From assembly GCA_002189035.1 (NCBI GenBank), contig NEEC01000004.1, forward strand, positions 3,658,001 through 3,722,000: 64,000 nucleotides of DNA. The letters run 5' to 3'. The notes beneath the pieces were generated by a model. It saw only the letters and a program-made list of their open reading frames with translations, was not told where the DNA came from and made no database searches. Below, piece after piece: positions 24,601-37,489 of this stretch (the first letter of the stretch is position 1; the number at the start of each line of letters is the position of its first letter). The stretch comes from Utricularia gibba. Taxonomy: Eukaryota > Plantae > Magnoliophyta. The position numbers were made by a program, and so were the translations under genes.

Positions 24601-25943
24601 CCACGGGCATCTTTTTGGGGAGTCTCTTTGGTCCAGAATTTTCAGTTCTGTGATATTTCCAATATTCAATTTCACACTCGATAGCAAGAATTCTGAAAAT
24701 GATGATGATTTCGCTTCGCCAATGGCTGGTTCAGCCCTCCCAGAAGGGAGTGATGTGTCTAGATGGAATGCTCTGGCAGCCGAACGCCTAGTTGATCTAT
24801 TTGTGCGCTTTTTTGATTTGGTGAGGGCTCATTTGAACACGCTATTGTCCATCTTAGTGGGTTTCCTTAGGAAGCATGGGCAAGGTCTATCAGATGCTGG
24901 AGTAACTGCATTGATGCGTTTAGCTGCCAGTCTGAAGGGAAAACTTACTGAAGAAGAATGGAAACATATCTTTGTTTCCTTAAAACAGGCTGCTGGATCC
25001 AGCATCCTTGACTTTATGGGACTTTTGAAAAGTGTTGAGCGCCAGGAGGAGCGGAGTAGTCATCACAACGGTGATATGATGGAATCACCTACTCTGGATG
25101 CTGATTCTGATGAGGATGTTGAGGGTACCATGAATCTGGAATCTGCAACTTATATTCTTTCAAGGATGAAAACCCATATCTCCATGCAACTTCTGATATT
25201 GCAGGTTCTCACCCCTTGTTGTGCTGTCTTGCATCTCATCATGTTTGGCTCAGGGATAATCAATCCATCAGCCAAGCGAATGCTTGTTTTTTTTCCTTCT
25301 CATGCCGCAGATACACTCATCTCGTCCTATTTTTCAGGTGGTAACAAATCTCTACAATACATGCTGGCAGTTCCTGCCATCTGATTCCGTGGTCATCGTT
25401 CTGGAAGTGCTATCATTCATAGCAGCTCACTCACACGAACTGCAGTCAGAAACCAACATCCTTGCTAAGCTGGGAAGAGTATGCTCCCTGCTGGACATAT
25501 CCGATCCACCCATCGTTCACTTTGAAAACGAATCCTACGAGAACTACTTGAACTGTCTGCACCATGTATTCACCAACAACCCACCTTTCTCCGAAGCCAG
25601 GGGCGTCGAGGCGGAGCTTGTAGACGTCTGTGCGAAGATACTCCACATATACATCGACTGCGCTGGACTGGGTAAGAAAATCTCAGGAGACAAGAAGCAT
25701 CTGGTCCACAGCTTCATCCCCTTGGGGTCCGCCAGGAAGGAGGAGCTGGTGAGCCGGACGACTCTGGCGGTGTGCGCACTGCGGACTCTCAGCAACCTCG
25801 ATCGGGACACGTTCAGGCGAAACGTGTCCCGACTCTTCCCGTTGCTAGTGGATCTCGTTCGAAGCCAGCACTCTTCGCCGGAGATTCAGCGGCTGCTCAG
25901 CGGCGTTTTCCTGTCGTGCGTAGGGCCGATCATCATCAGGTAG
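18647..25943 (+). CDS. BIG1: Brefeldin A-inhibited ARF guanine-nucleotide exchange factor (BIG1/BIG4 clade), 1690 aa
   Basis: 11 exons: 18647-19650, 20095-20412, 20495-20822, 20899-21321, 21455-21735, 21930-22203, 22404-22906, 22990-23311, 23767-24097, 24522-25204, 25338-25943, totalling 5073 nt in frame. DCB, HUS ([13 protein letters not shown]), Sec7 ([22 protein letters not shown]) and HDS domains. The N-terminus [22 protein letters not shown] is typical of BIG1/BIG4. Confidence 0.95.
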
Positions 25944-27466
25944 TATTACGTCTTCGTGTACTTAATTAAACTCATCACCAGCATCCATTCTTTTTTTTTT
26001 TTATAATACGCTTTTCACAATTGGTGACTTACTTCTCCTTGGTTTTATACTACTCATTTTGCACTTAAAATACTCAATTTTAAAAAAAAATTATCAATTA
26101 TCAATTTTTTCTAAAGGTCACAAATATGTCCTAACAATTCTTATGATGTAATGAGATGTGGAAGATTAATTTTGGAAAATATATATTATCATGTCACTGT
26201 ATGAGAAAATTATCCATCTCATGTGAAAAAATAGATTTATTGTGCGAGATTAAAGAATGGAGTGAATAGATTTATAAAATAATTAGTAGTGGAAGATAAT
26301 TGAAGTAACCTACTATAATGTCCTACCTTATTTTTTGAAAGTAATTAATTAATTATTAACAATAGTATATTAATGATAATATATTAATTATTTATTTTTA
26401 AATACTTTAGTTTGGCCTTATCATCATTTTTTGATTATGTTAGCCCACTATTGGAATAAATAAGTTTCTTGAATATGTTTTAATAAAATTATATTTAAAA
26501 TGAGATTATATATATTTAGAATAGAGGGGAAAAAATCAAACATTTTTTAAAGTAAGAAAATTTTTATGTGATGATAAAAATTTTATATAGAAGAATAGTT
26601 TTGAAAATTATATTTAAAAGATTATATAATTATTTTACAGTTTATATACATATTGAAAAATATGTTTATCATACAACCATAATCTTTTATATGTACATGT
26701 TTAGAAGAATAAACAAGTTTATTCAATATGGTTTTGTAAATAACTCCAACAGTAATTACAATGATAATTTTTTCTGTAAAATAGGTTTCAATTTGAAGTT
26801 AAAGGTAAGTGCATATTATGTAAATCAAAATTTTTGAATTAATTATATTTAAATTTTATAAATTTTAATCTTTATTGTTTTTTAAAAAAAATTATAATTT
26901 TTTTCCTTTAATGAATTTCTAAAATATTTATTTAATGATTATAAAGGACTAATAAAAAAAATTTACTATTCAATTTCATTCATTTGAAAAATATAATTAT
27001 ATTTTTATATTAAACTTTATAATAATTTAATCTATTAAAATCACAATATATTATTTTATTTATTAAATTTTATAATATAACGTTATAGTATTTTATAATA
27101 CAGTTTTATGATATAAAATTTAAATGTATTCATAAAATACTAAATACAAATTTGAAAATAGAATTGATCCTAAATTATGTAATATTTTAATTTTGAATAA
27201 TTATAGCAGTTTAGGGAATAAATTACGCTCCTTCCTTACGTCGAGCGCCACTAGTTCCATGCAAATATTTCAAATTCGTGTGAACCAACGGACGGTTTTT
27301 TCCCTTCCGGTGACCCTCTGAAACCGCCGAGATTTCATTTCCACCGATCTTCGGGCATGTGATCTTCTTCTCCTCCAACGCCTCCCCCCTCACCTCGCCA
27401 GAATGCAGGAATGGCCATTCTCCACTTCGATTTCCACCCCGATTCTGATTCGTATTCACCGCCGCC

Positions 27467-30031
27467 ATGACGATGGAGCTCGCAACCGCAACGGCGACAT
27501 CCTCTCATTTTTCCTGCAACGTCCATGATCATCCCTCTACTTCCCACATCGACTTGTGGGTACACCGCCCCCAGTTTCAGAATCCCAACACCAATGGATG
27601 GAAAAAAGGGGACATCAGATCGAGCCAGATATCCCAAATTGAGCAAGCCCCCGATTGGGGCGGTGGCGGAGTCTCTTCACTCGTACGCAAATGGAGAGGC
27701 TTCGAGGCCGACTCTGGCGGGAGAAGCACTGCCTCCGCCCCATCGGAGGAAGACTGGGAAGAGTCGGATAAGACCGGCGGCCCGCCTTCTCGAGGCGGCG
27801 ACGAAAGCGCGACGGAAAGCGAACGTCTGCGTGTAGCGGATATCATCAGAAAGTGGACTGAGGAGCATTTCAACGACTTCGGATCCGAATCGTCGCCCCC
27901 TCGGCTGAGAACCTCGCCCTCCGATTTCTGTTCTGAGTACAAGAATTTTGGGACTTCACCGCGAATCAGAGGCCGCCATGCCCTCAATCATCTGCTGAAC
28001 AAAAAGCTTCGCGATCGAACCAAAGAACTCGAAGCTCTTGTCGCCCAGAAACCCGTTTCTGGATTCACCCATCGCGGCCGCATCCAGGTGCCCCTCTTCT
28101 TTACAAAGCTTGGTGTGGTAACACCAATAGTTCTCGAGAGTGCTAAAAAATTCAACTGAGAGCAAGTGCTCCGTGTTGTTGGTAGGCTGTTCTTCGGATC
28201 AAATTTCTCAGGGGCGGCGTCGAACCTACTCAACAAGGACGACATTCAAACCGCTCATCAGTTCAACCGCACAGGCATGTTTTTCCTCCCTTCGTCCTGC
28301 ATTCTGTTTGGCAAACGATCAACACTGAAAATTGATGACGGTATTCTAGGGAAAGGGTTAGCTCGAAGAGTATTCGAGAAAATGCCAACAACCATTCTCA
28401 AAAGAATTCGAATTCAGAGGAAAATCAGCTCCAGCCATTGCTGGGCTCGAGGCCATCTCAGGAACAAAGCACACATCATGTCCAAGAACATTCTCAGCAA
28501 GTACTTCAGCGCGATGAGATGGCCATGGATGATGGAAAACCAAATTTTGATGCTTCACTTGGTTGCGGAGATCGTCATTTCGAAAACTTCCCATCCACGG
28601 AGCATGAGATGGACAAAGGCAGCACACCGCAACCTTCTCAGACGTGCGACGTCGCAGCAGCTAGTGCGGGCTGTCTGCAGAATATAGAGACCAGTGTGGG
28701 TGACTCATGCTGTCAAAGTGAGGCAGAGGGAAATGCCTGCTTTTCTATTTGGGGTGATGACATGAAGCTCGATGAAGCTAACGGGGGAGACTGGATGGAT
28801 GAGATATCGCGCCCTCGGAGTGACTGGGAAGGTCTAAGGAAAGAAAGGTACCAGGAGATGCTTGACCCCTTCTTTGACAATGAAGACATCCGCACACTCC
28901 TAGAGAGGTAACCTGCATATACATTGCAGCTTGTTTTTCATCCATAGTGTGTTACATGAGTATCGATATGCTGCAGGAAAAGTGTGTCGACCTTCCTATC
29001 TAGTAGCCTGAGGGATAGCATAGACCAACTGATGATACAGCGTGGCCGAGGAGAACAGCCTTTACCCAAGCATGAGAGCCAGAACGGGGAGGCAGGACGG
29101 GGGAAAGGCGATGAAGATCTTGGTGTCAATGAGATGCCATTCGGAGTCCATCCTCCTCAGCATCATGTTGTTACTCAACAGGGTGGTGGTGGGGAAGAAT
29201 TCAGTGACGGCTTTTCTTTTCAGCTTGCTTCTCCTTCTACTCAAGACTCATCCCCATCCTCCAGATATAATTCGCAGGGTCATGAGGACAATGATCATGC
29301 ACCATCTGTAAAGCTCCAACTTCTTTTGTTCAAGTCAGTTTTGCAGTTGCTCGTTGAAGAAATAACATGTAAAGCTCCAACTTTTTTTGTTGCAGAGAGA
29401 AATGCAGCTCATAAGCGACATGGTGGAGCATATGCAGCGGCTGCAGATGGACATAGGTGAGCTACGGAGATCAATCAAATGCTGCATGCACATGCAAATC
29501 AAGCTCCAACGCTCGATCAAGAAGGAGGCTGCAACAATGTCCACCAATCACTCAGGTACAGTAGTAAACAGCGAGACCAAGCCTCCTGTACATGCTCCGT
29601 AATCACATTTGATTAACGAACAATGCAGATTCGAAGAATCGGCCCCGCAAATCGATGAAAAAGTCTAATAAAAACGGTGGAAGATGCTGGTGTTGCATTT
29701 GCTGCAAAGCCATGGCTGATTGTGTTCTCTACAGGTACAATTCTGCTGCAACTGTAGGTTACAAGTTACTCTAAAAAAACAAGAACAGAGCACAAGCAAA
29801 CCATTCGGAGGGGTATTCCCTTCCAAAACATTTTCCTTTTCTTTTATTGGAAACGACAACATGATATGCTGCAACACACACTCAAACTAATTAAATGGTT
29901 GCAGATGCGGGCACATGTGCACATGCTTCAAGTGTGGACAGGAGCTGCAATGGAGTAGCAACAAATGCCCCTTGTGTGCAGCTCCCATACATGACCTCAT
30001 CCTGGTGCACCCCTCTACTTGCAATATCTGA
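27467..30031 (+). CDS. C-terminal RING (C3HC4_3-type) protein, probable E3 ligase, EDA18/At1g30860-like family
   Basis: Exons 27467-28087, 28186-28274, 28350-28907, 28977-29307, 29396-29555, 29629-29734, 29905-30031, totalling 1992 nt in frame (intron 2 is GC-AG). Motifs [29 protein letters not shown] and [23 protein letters not shown]. Confidence 0.85.
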
Positions 30032-30167
30032 ATACGGACAAGTTGATATTCTTACAAATTTAAATATACTGATGAACAGCTGCAACTAAGCAATATTTAT
30101 TTATACCCCCCAAAAAAAGCACACACTAAACCAATACAAATTGTGATTCTTGAGGGGAATCAAAATA

Positions 30168-30453
30168 GGTGCTTTGGGTTATTAGAACATGTCTTGTCAT
30201 AATGGAAGTGTTTTACATGATTTTTATTATTATTGATTTTTAAGTTTTGAATTTATAAGTCAATTATAAGTATATAGTATTTGATGTGATAAATTTAATT
30301 TATTAGAAAAAAATAATTATATTTTTTCTACTTGTATACTTAATTTATAAGTAATTTAAAAACATTACTTTAAAATCACTTACAAGTATTAAATAAAAAC
30401 TATATAAACAACTTATAATCAATTATAATAAGTTATAAGCCATACAAAACACC
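30168..30453. mobile_element. Possible degenerate Tourist-like MITE
   Basis: AT-rich island bounded by GGTGCTTTGG and CAAAACACC (imperfect inverted ends), with internal TTATAAG repeats. No clean TSD. Confidence 0.3.
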
Positions 30454-31281
30454 TCCAATAGCTTTAAAATTTTCAATAAAATGGTCAATTATTTGTGTGA
30501 GAGTTCCCAAAAAAAGATTTAGAATAAAGGCGGATATAAATAAAAGGACAGGTCTCTGCCGCTGGTTGCAGACTTGCAGTGGAGGGCGCTGGAGTTAAAA
30601 GCAGTGGGCGGAGTCCCCTCTGGTTTCCGGTTTACCAGGTATATAGCTTTGCCCTGGACATTTAATGGGGTGATCGATTTCATCACAACCTCCTCTGCGA
30701 GCTGATTCAACGAAGAATTTGATGCGCATTGTGCATCGAGATTCTTAAAGCTTTATCGATCTTAGCCAGCTTCTTTGGAGAGGTTTTTTCCATGCGGACC
30801 CACTTTTTTTTTTTAAAGATCGATCCTAGTTTTCTGGGGTCTTGTGCTGCCGTTTGTGTTTTACTTTGGAATTATTTTAGTTGATTCTCCTAGATCCTAA
30901 GTGATATTTGTGATTTTCATTTTATTTGAAGGCTTGGGTTTAAGATGTGTTCATGGGTTTTCATTTTTGGTAGCTATGGAAACAGAAACTTGTCATTTAT
31001 TCTCAGTTAGATTAGGATACCACTTATGTTTGGTGTCTTCTCCATGATATGTACTTTCACGATCTTCTGGATGAAATACGTTAGGGTTCTTGTGATTATA
31101 CCTGTTGTGGTTTTCTTAATGTTCAACTCCTGAATGCTCTATGTAGTGCTTAAGTCTGCCTTAGAGCTCCTTTGCCAGGTTTTTGATGTTTTGGATATGT
31201 CTTTATGAGTTTTACATTGGAAAATCAGGCATCTCCAGATATCGATCCTTTGCGCCAGTGATCTACTGCAGCTAACCCAAA

Positions 31282-32222
31282 ATGTCTATGCTGATGAAGC
31301 TGCGGTTAGTCACAGTGGATGTCACTGGCACTCTAATTGCTTACAAGGGGGAGCTAGGTGACTACTACTGTATGGCAGCAAAAGCAATTGGACTCCCATG
31401 TCCAGACTATAAGCGGGTGCATGAAGGCTTCAAACTAGCGTACAAAGAGATGGCATCTAAGCATCCTTGCTTTGGTTTTTCTGAAAAGATACCCAACATC
31501 GTTTGGTGGAAGACATGCGTGAGGGATTCCTTTGTCAGGGTGAGATCTAATTGTCCGTATCAGAACTAGTTCTCTTTCAGAGCATGGCCAAGCATTTTTT
31601 GTTTTCAGTATGGGAGTGGTAGCATTCTCTGACATCATGCTTACAGGCAGGGTATGATTATGACGAGGAAACATTTGAAAAGATATTCAGGCGCATTTAT
31701 GCCACCTTTGGCTCCTCTGCACCATACAAAGCTTTCCCAGATTCATCGCCATTTCTCCAATGGCTTCGCAGAAGTGGGGTAAACGTTGGACTGGTTAGCA
31801 ATGCGGAGTATCGGTACCAGGATGTGATCCTTCCAGCATTGGGCTTTCACCAGGTAAACGCTAGAGCATCTTAGCGACCTTTGCGTTCGATTATGATGAT
31901 AACTGAAAAACTTTGGAAAATGGGGAAGGGATCAGAGTGGGACTTTGGCGTGTTCTCGGGGCTGGAAGGTGTGGAGAAGCCGGATCCAAGAATATACAAG
32001 ATAGCTTTGGAGAGGGCCGGGAACATAGCACCTGAGGAGGCGCTTCACATTGGAGACAGTTTCAGGAAAGACTATTTGCCTGCAAAGAGTGCGGGCATGC
32101 AGGCTATTCTCCTGGACAGGTTCCAGTCCCCGGAAGCAGAGACATGGAAGAAATCCGGTGCGGTGGTGCTACCGGATCTGGGAGCTGTTCAGGATTGGCT
32201 CACCTCTCCACAACAGCTTTGA
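31282..32222 (+). CDS. Haloacid dehalogenase-like hydrolase (HDHD3-like), 252 aa
   Basis: Exons 31282-31539, 31647-31853, 31929-32222, totalling 759 nt. HAD motifs: I DVTGTL, II VSN, III EKPDPRIY, IV HIGDS..D. Confidence 0.92.
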
Positions 32223-32951
32223 TAGATAATAATGATTTACGCTTCCATTGTTTTTTCACATTTCTGGGTTGGGCCAAACTTGCTCTAAAACAAGACCATA
32301 CCATGAATGAATGAAGTCGGCCATGCTCTTCTCTTATTCAGTTGTCATTGCTCGTCTTTTTGCTGTATCAGGAACCTTCACTGAGGAGTGCTACGTCAGT
32401 TTGCAGACTGACGTGAATTGCAACTAGGGAAGTGAATGAACGATCAGTTGAAGAAGACGATTGATCTTATAAAACTATGCTTGTTTGGTATACGTGTTAT
32501 GATAGACGAAACATTTGTAGAAAATTTAACCTTTTGATTGTGTTTTTAAAAATTTTCAATCAAATTTTAATTTAATTCTATGTATATATATATATCAATT
32601 AGTATAAATAATTTAAATATAACAATAATATTACAATTTTTTCACACCTATATAATATGGAAAATATAGTTTTAAATGATTACAAAATCTTAAATTGTAA
32701 TTTATTATAATTTAAACATAGTTCAATCTAATTTAATTTATTATTTGTAATAAATTATTCATATCTAAAGGGATTTAATTGCGGTTCAATACTAATTTTT
32801 GAACACATTCCATTTTATTTGGAGATGACCAAATAGTTTAACATAGAGTGCCGAAGATAAAACATATATATTGCAAATTGGGGGTTCTGCCTTTGCGCGT
32901 TTTGGAGGGAAACGCCGCATAAAAGGCGTGGTGGTTGCCGGTACGAACAAA

Positions 32952-35900
32952 ATGCCGGTGGTGAGACCGGAATCTTCTGGTTCGAGGGTTATCGCGCACA
33001 TTGATATGGACTGCTTTTACGTCCAAGGTTTTATATGGAAATTGATCGCTTTTTGGCACTTTGCCTAACATTGATTATTCTTATTTTTTGTGTTCATCTA
33101 TTTGGATTTCGATAGTTGAGCAGCGCAAACAGCCAAATTTGAGAGATCAACCGACGGCAGTGGTGCAGTACAACTCCTGGAAGGGAGGGGGTCTTATTGC
33201 TGTTGGTTATGAAGCTCGAAAATATGGTGTCAAGCGGTATGCTCTTTCTGAGTACTGTTATTGTTTTGAACCCCCGCCAGCACTTTTTTTTTTTTCTTCT
33301 CACTATAAGCATTTGATGTTGAAGCTCAATGCGAGGTGATGAAGCAAAGAAAGTTTGCCCTGATATTCAGCTTGTGCAGGTTCCTGTGGTTCGAGATAAG
33401 GCAGATTTGACCGTGTATCGTAATGCTGGTGCAGAGGTGCTCCACTGTAGCTTTATTTGTAATTACGTCTCTTAAGTCTGTAGGTTTAGTATGCAGTTCC
33501 ATATACCACACCCGCACATCCATTCTTGTCCTCCATGGAACCCAAAAATGTGCAACAGGTCGGATGAAACTCATTTCCTAGCATTCCTTATCGATTAAGT
33601 ACCCTCTGTCTCCCATGGTTTTCTGATCTCTGGATCCTATTTTAGTTCAGCCTCCTCAGGTCGCTTTCCAATTTTTCTTAAAACTGCCAAAGCTGGCTTT
33701 ATTTTCTTCTGCTTCGTTCTTCGTGGAAGGATACATCGCAGAAATATTGTCTAACTGAACTTTTATATCAGTGCAGCCTTGTTGTTGGTTCCTTGTTTTC
33801 ATCTTCTTTATCACCCTCTCAAACTTCTTCTCTTGATGGTGAATGTTTTTCTCATTGATAAATATCTATATGTTCCTTTTTCAAATGCGGGTGCTAGATT
33901 TGTGGTTATCACAGCAAATTTTCAGGTTGTATCTATTCTTTCAAAGAAAGGTTGTTGTGAACGTGCATCAATCGATGAAGTCTATCTTGACCTTACTGAA
34001 GCTGCCAAAAAAATGTTATTTGAAAGCCCACCAGAAAGGTTCACGTCTCTTAGTGATGAAGTTCTTAAATCTCATGTGTTGGGGCTTCTATTGGTAGGAG
34101 GATTTCTTGTATAACAGCAAATTCTTCTTCTCATTTAGCTTTGCCCTCGTGTAGCAACTGCTTCTACATCATGTTGTATGTAAACCAGGTTGGAGCGAAT
34201 CCTGTTGATCGTGTGCGGGAATGGTTTCTAAGCACTGATCACCAAGATAAGTTATTAGCCTGTGGTGCAATTATAGTTGCAGAACTTAGGCTTGATGTTT
34301 TGAGAGAGACAGAATTCACATGTTCTGCTGGAATAGCACATAATAAGGTAAGGTGTCAATATCTTTTTATGGTTTCTATCATTTTTGCTCTCAGATTCTT
34401 ACCATTGAAAATGCCATGTGTTTACTTCGTTCAATTGGCGACTCCAAAATTTCGTCAGATGCTGGCTAAATTAGCTAGTGGTATGAATAAGCCTGCTCAA
34501 CAAACTATAGTGCCGGCTTCATCTGTTAAGGATCTGCTCCAATCTCTGCCAATAAAAAAAATGTAAACGTTTAATAATTGTTCTGAATCAGTTAAATACC
34601 AGGGTTGTAATCCAGATGATTACTGCGAATGACAATGTCATGTTCCTGCCTTTCTTGATCAACATTTGATGCATATGTTGCTGCAGGAAACAACTCGGAG
34701 GAAAACTTGGCTCTTCCTTGCAGACTGAGCTTGGAGTAGAAACTGTTGGGGATTTATTGCAGTTTACACTGGGGAAACTGCAAGAGCGCTATGGAATTAA
34801 CACAGGGTTTGCATTTATTCTACGCTCTCTGGCATTTGGAGTTGTTTTCTCGTGTCAGTCTGTCTTTTATGGCATTTCGTCTATTGATTGCCATTTTTAT
34901 TTTGTTTTTGGCACTATTTAGTTGGTGAATTACGACTAAACATCTATAGCACTTATAATGAGTATAAACTTTTGAATTTCAACTTCGCGTTACCCCATAT
35001 GGTTGGTATACTTATTTTCGCCTTGAGTTCAATAATTTTTTCCTAAATTTTCTTTTTACAATTTTAATAGATTTGCAGTTTCTAAATTATGCCTGCAGTG
35101 CTTGGTTGTGGAACATTGCGAGAGGAGTGTCAGGGGAAGAGGTGAAAAGTCGTCACCTTCCATTGAGTCTTGGTTCTGGGAAGACATTTCCTGGGCCTCT
35201 TGCTCTCAAATCGCTGTCTTCTGTAATTTCATTTACTTTCTGAGATTCACATCAGCGTATGGATAAGTGCATCGTGGATATTTTTTTTGTCTCATTACAT
35301 GATTGCTGCTACGCAGGTGCAAGATTGGCTCCAAAAACTAAGCGCAGAACTAAATGAACGTCTTCACGTGGATTTGGAGCAGAACAACCGTAGAGCTCAT
35401 CTCTTGACACTGCATGCAAGTGCTTACAAGGTTAATGATGTTTGTTCATATCCTGTTATCTTCTCTGTAACATTTTTATATTGAATCTCACACTCTTATA
35501 CCACATAATGTGCCCACCAGCCAGATGACTCTGAATCAGTGAGAAAGTTTCCTTCTAAGTCATGTCCATTAAGGTACGGGATTACCAAGATTCAAGAAGA
35601 TGCCTTTAACCTGTTTAACATTGCGCTTCGAGAGTATGTTGGGACATGCTGTGTTAAGAAGGATTACGAGCATCATAAATGGGCAGTAACCAGTCTTGCA
35701 ATCTCAGCCAGTAAAATTGTTGCGATCCCATCTGTAAGTAGCTTGTACTTCAAGAACGGTTCCACAAAAAAGAGTTCATTGAATGTTACCTTGAATATAC
35801 TGGAAGCTATTGAACTTATTTTCACCAGTACTTCCTCACATTGTCTACCAACTACCATTATTTTCACACAATTGAACTTTCAATTATCAAGAACACTACT

Positions 35901-37393
35901 ACTGTGATCTTTGACAAAGTGCCTCATTTTTCTCGATGTCTTCTGTGTTTAAATCTAATCTTGATTGTCATGGTTCAAAGTTAGAATACGCATTATATCA
36001 TACATTGCACTAGAAAACTGTTATGGATCTGTTTATGCATTCAGTATCCCGGGACACTTGTCTCTCTGTATCAGCCAGATCTCATTTGCTGTTACATTTT
36101 CTTTTTTACTTTGTTTTTCTTCTGTGCTACATATCAGGGAACCAATCCAATTATGAAGTACTTTCACAGTCAATTCCAGTCATGTGCACCCGCAGATAAA
36201 TCAAATGACTTGCACTGCCCAGTTGATGCTGCCTTACCAACTTCATATGCTGGTTATTGCTACTCTCTCCCAAGCCTGTCCTAATTGAGCTTTCGGTTGA
36301 GTTTTTCAGCCAACTGAGTCAACCTTTTTTTTTTTTTTGGAGATATGCAGGTCCTGATCCTGGCTATTTGGAGATGGAAACCTTTGAGGCAGATACAGTG
36401 ACTGTGCATGATGTGCAAAGCTTGAGTACTGGCGGAGACGAAACTGGGTTTTCTGAGGCAAGGCTGTGTCTCGTGTATTTTTGTTTACTGATATGAAATT
36501 CCTTTGGTGTGTTGCACTTAAACCGGATTTTTAGCAAATATTATATGATTGATGCAGCGAACGATTTCTGTATTGCCAATGATTGTCCACTGTATCTTTA
36601 ATTTTTTTTTTTAGTATGTAGACAGGAAGATAACTGGAGTACCGAGAATATTTGGAATCCCTGAAATCCGAGAATCCATAACTTTGCATGACTCCTTTCT
36701 TGTTGTTTCAGGGGGGAAGGTCAGAAGGGCTCACCGAAGAAATGCTGCCATCATCAACCTCAGGTTAGTTCCATGCACACGGATGATAACCAATGCCATT
36801 TACCTGCCTGAAACTGCAAGCACTCCCTTGAGAAGCACCTTATCTGGTATTGTGTTGGAACATGCAGGGTGTCAAGATGGCAACACATCTTCGTCGAGGC
36901 CGGATTCTGTGAGATGTGGCGTAGAATCTGAGACGCCAAAGAGGAAGCCTGCAATTGAAAAGGTCATTGTCACTCATTCATGTTTTCTCACGTTTCAATT
37001 CTTGAATGATTGCTTTTGCACCAGGGAAGCAGTAGTAGTTCATCATCTATTCTGAGATACTTCCATAATCACAACTCCTGCTCCTCCTCTTCAACTTTCC
37101 AAGGTAATTTGAGGTCTCCTTGCCTCATCTTGTATCAACTACGTTGTAATGCTCTAATTGTGTACGAAGACGCCGAGAGGCCACAGGATGGAACCCCAGG
37201 AGCAGGACGTGAAGCTGAATGGAGGTGGGAGGGCTACAAGAGCGATGAGATTGATCCAGATGTGCTGGAGGAGCTGCCGCTGGACATCCAAACTGAGGTC
37301 CGTGAACTCATCATGTCATCCGCGAACCAGCACAAGCAAAACACTAAGAAACGGCTCCGTACTATCAACCACTATTTCCCCCCAGCTGAATGA
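32952..37393 (+). CDS. POLH: DNA polymerase eta (Y-family translesion polymerase), about 660 aa
   Basis: 16 exons: 32952-33027, 33116-33236, 33325-33436, 33926-34093, 34189-34347, 34459-34562, 34687-34806, 35099-35222, 35317-35430, 35521-35733, 36138-36252, 36351-36457, 36712-36763, 36868-36962, 37025-37103, 37170-37393, totalling 1983 nt in frame. Motifs HIDMDCFYVQVE, ERASIDEVYLD, CSAGIAHNKMLAKLAS and KFPSKSCPLRYG. C-terminal exons are less certain. Confidence 0.93.
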
Positions 37394-37489
37394 AGGGGGG
37401 TTCATTGCAATGCAGTTGTCAACTACAGTAACTGAAGCTTATAGCATATCCATTCCGAAACAAGATTCCATCAAGAAAAAGTCCCTAAC

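Noticed and set aside
25980-27200. Helitron or MULE-derived MITE in the very AT-rich spacer between BIG1 and the RING gene
   Set aside because: No convincing TIR pair, TSD, or 3' hairpin plus CTRR end was found.
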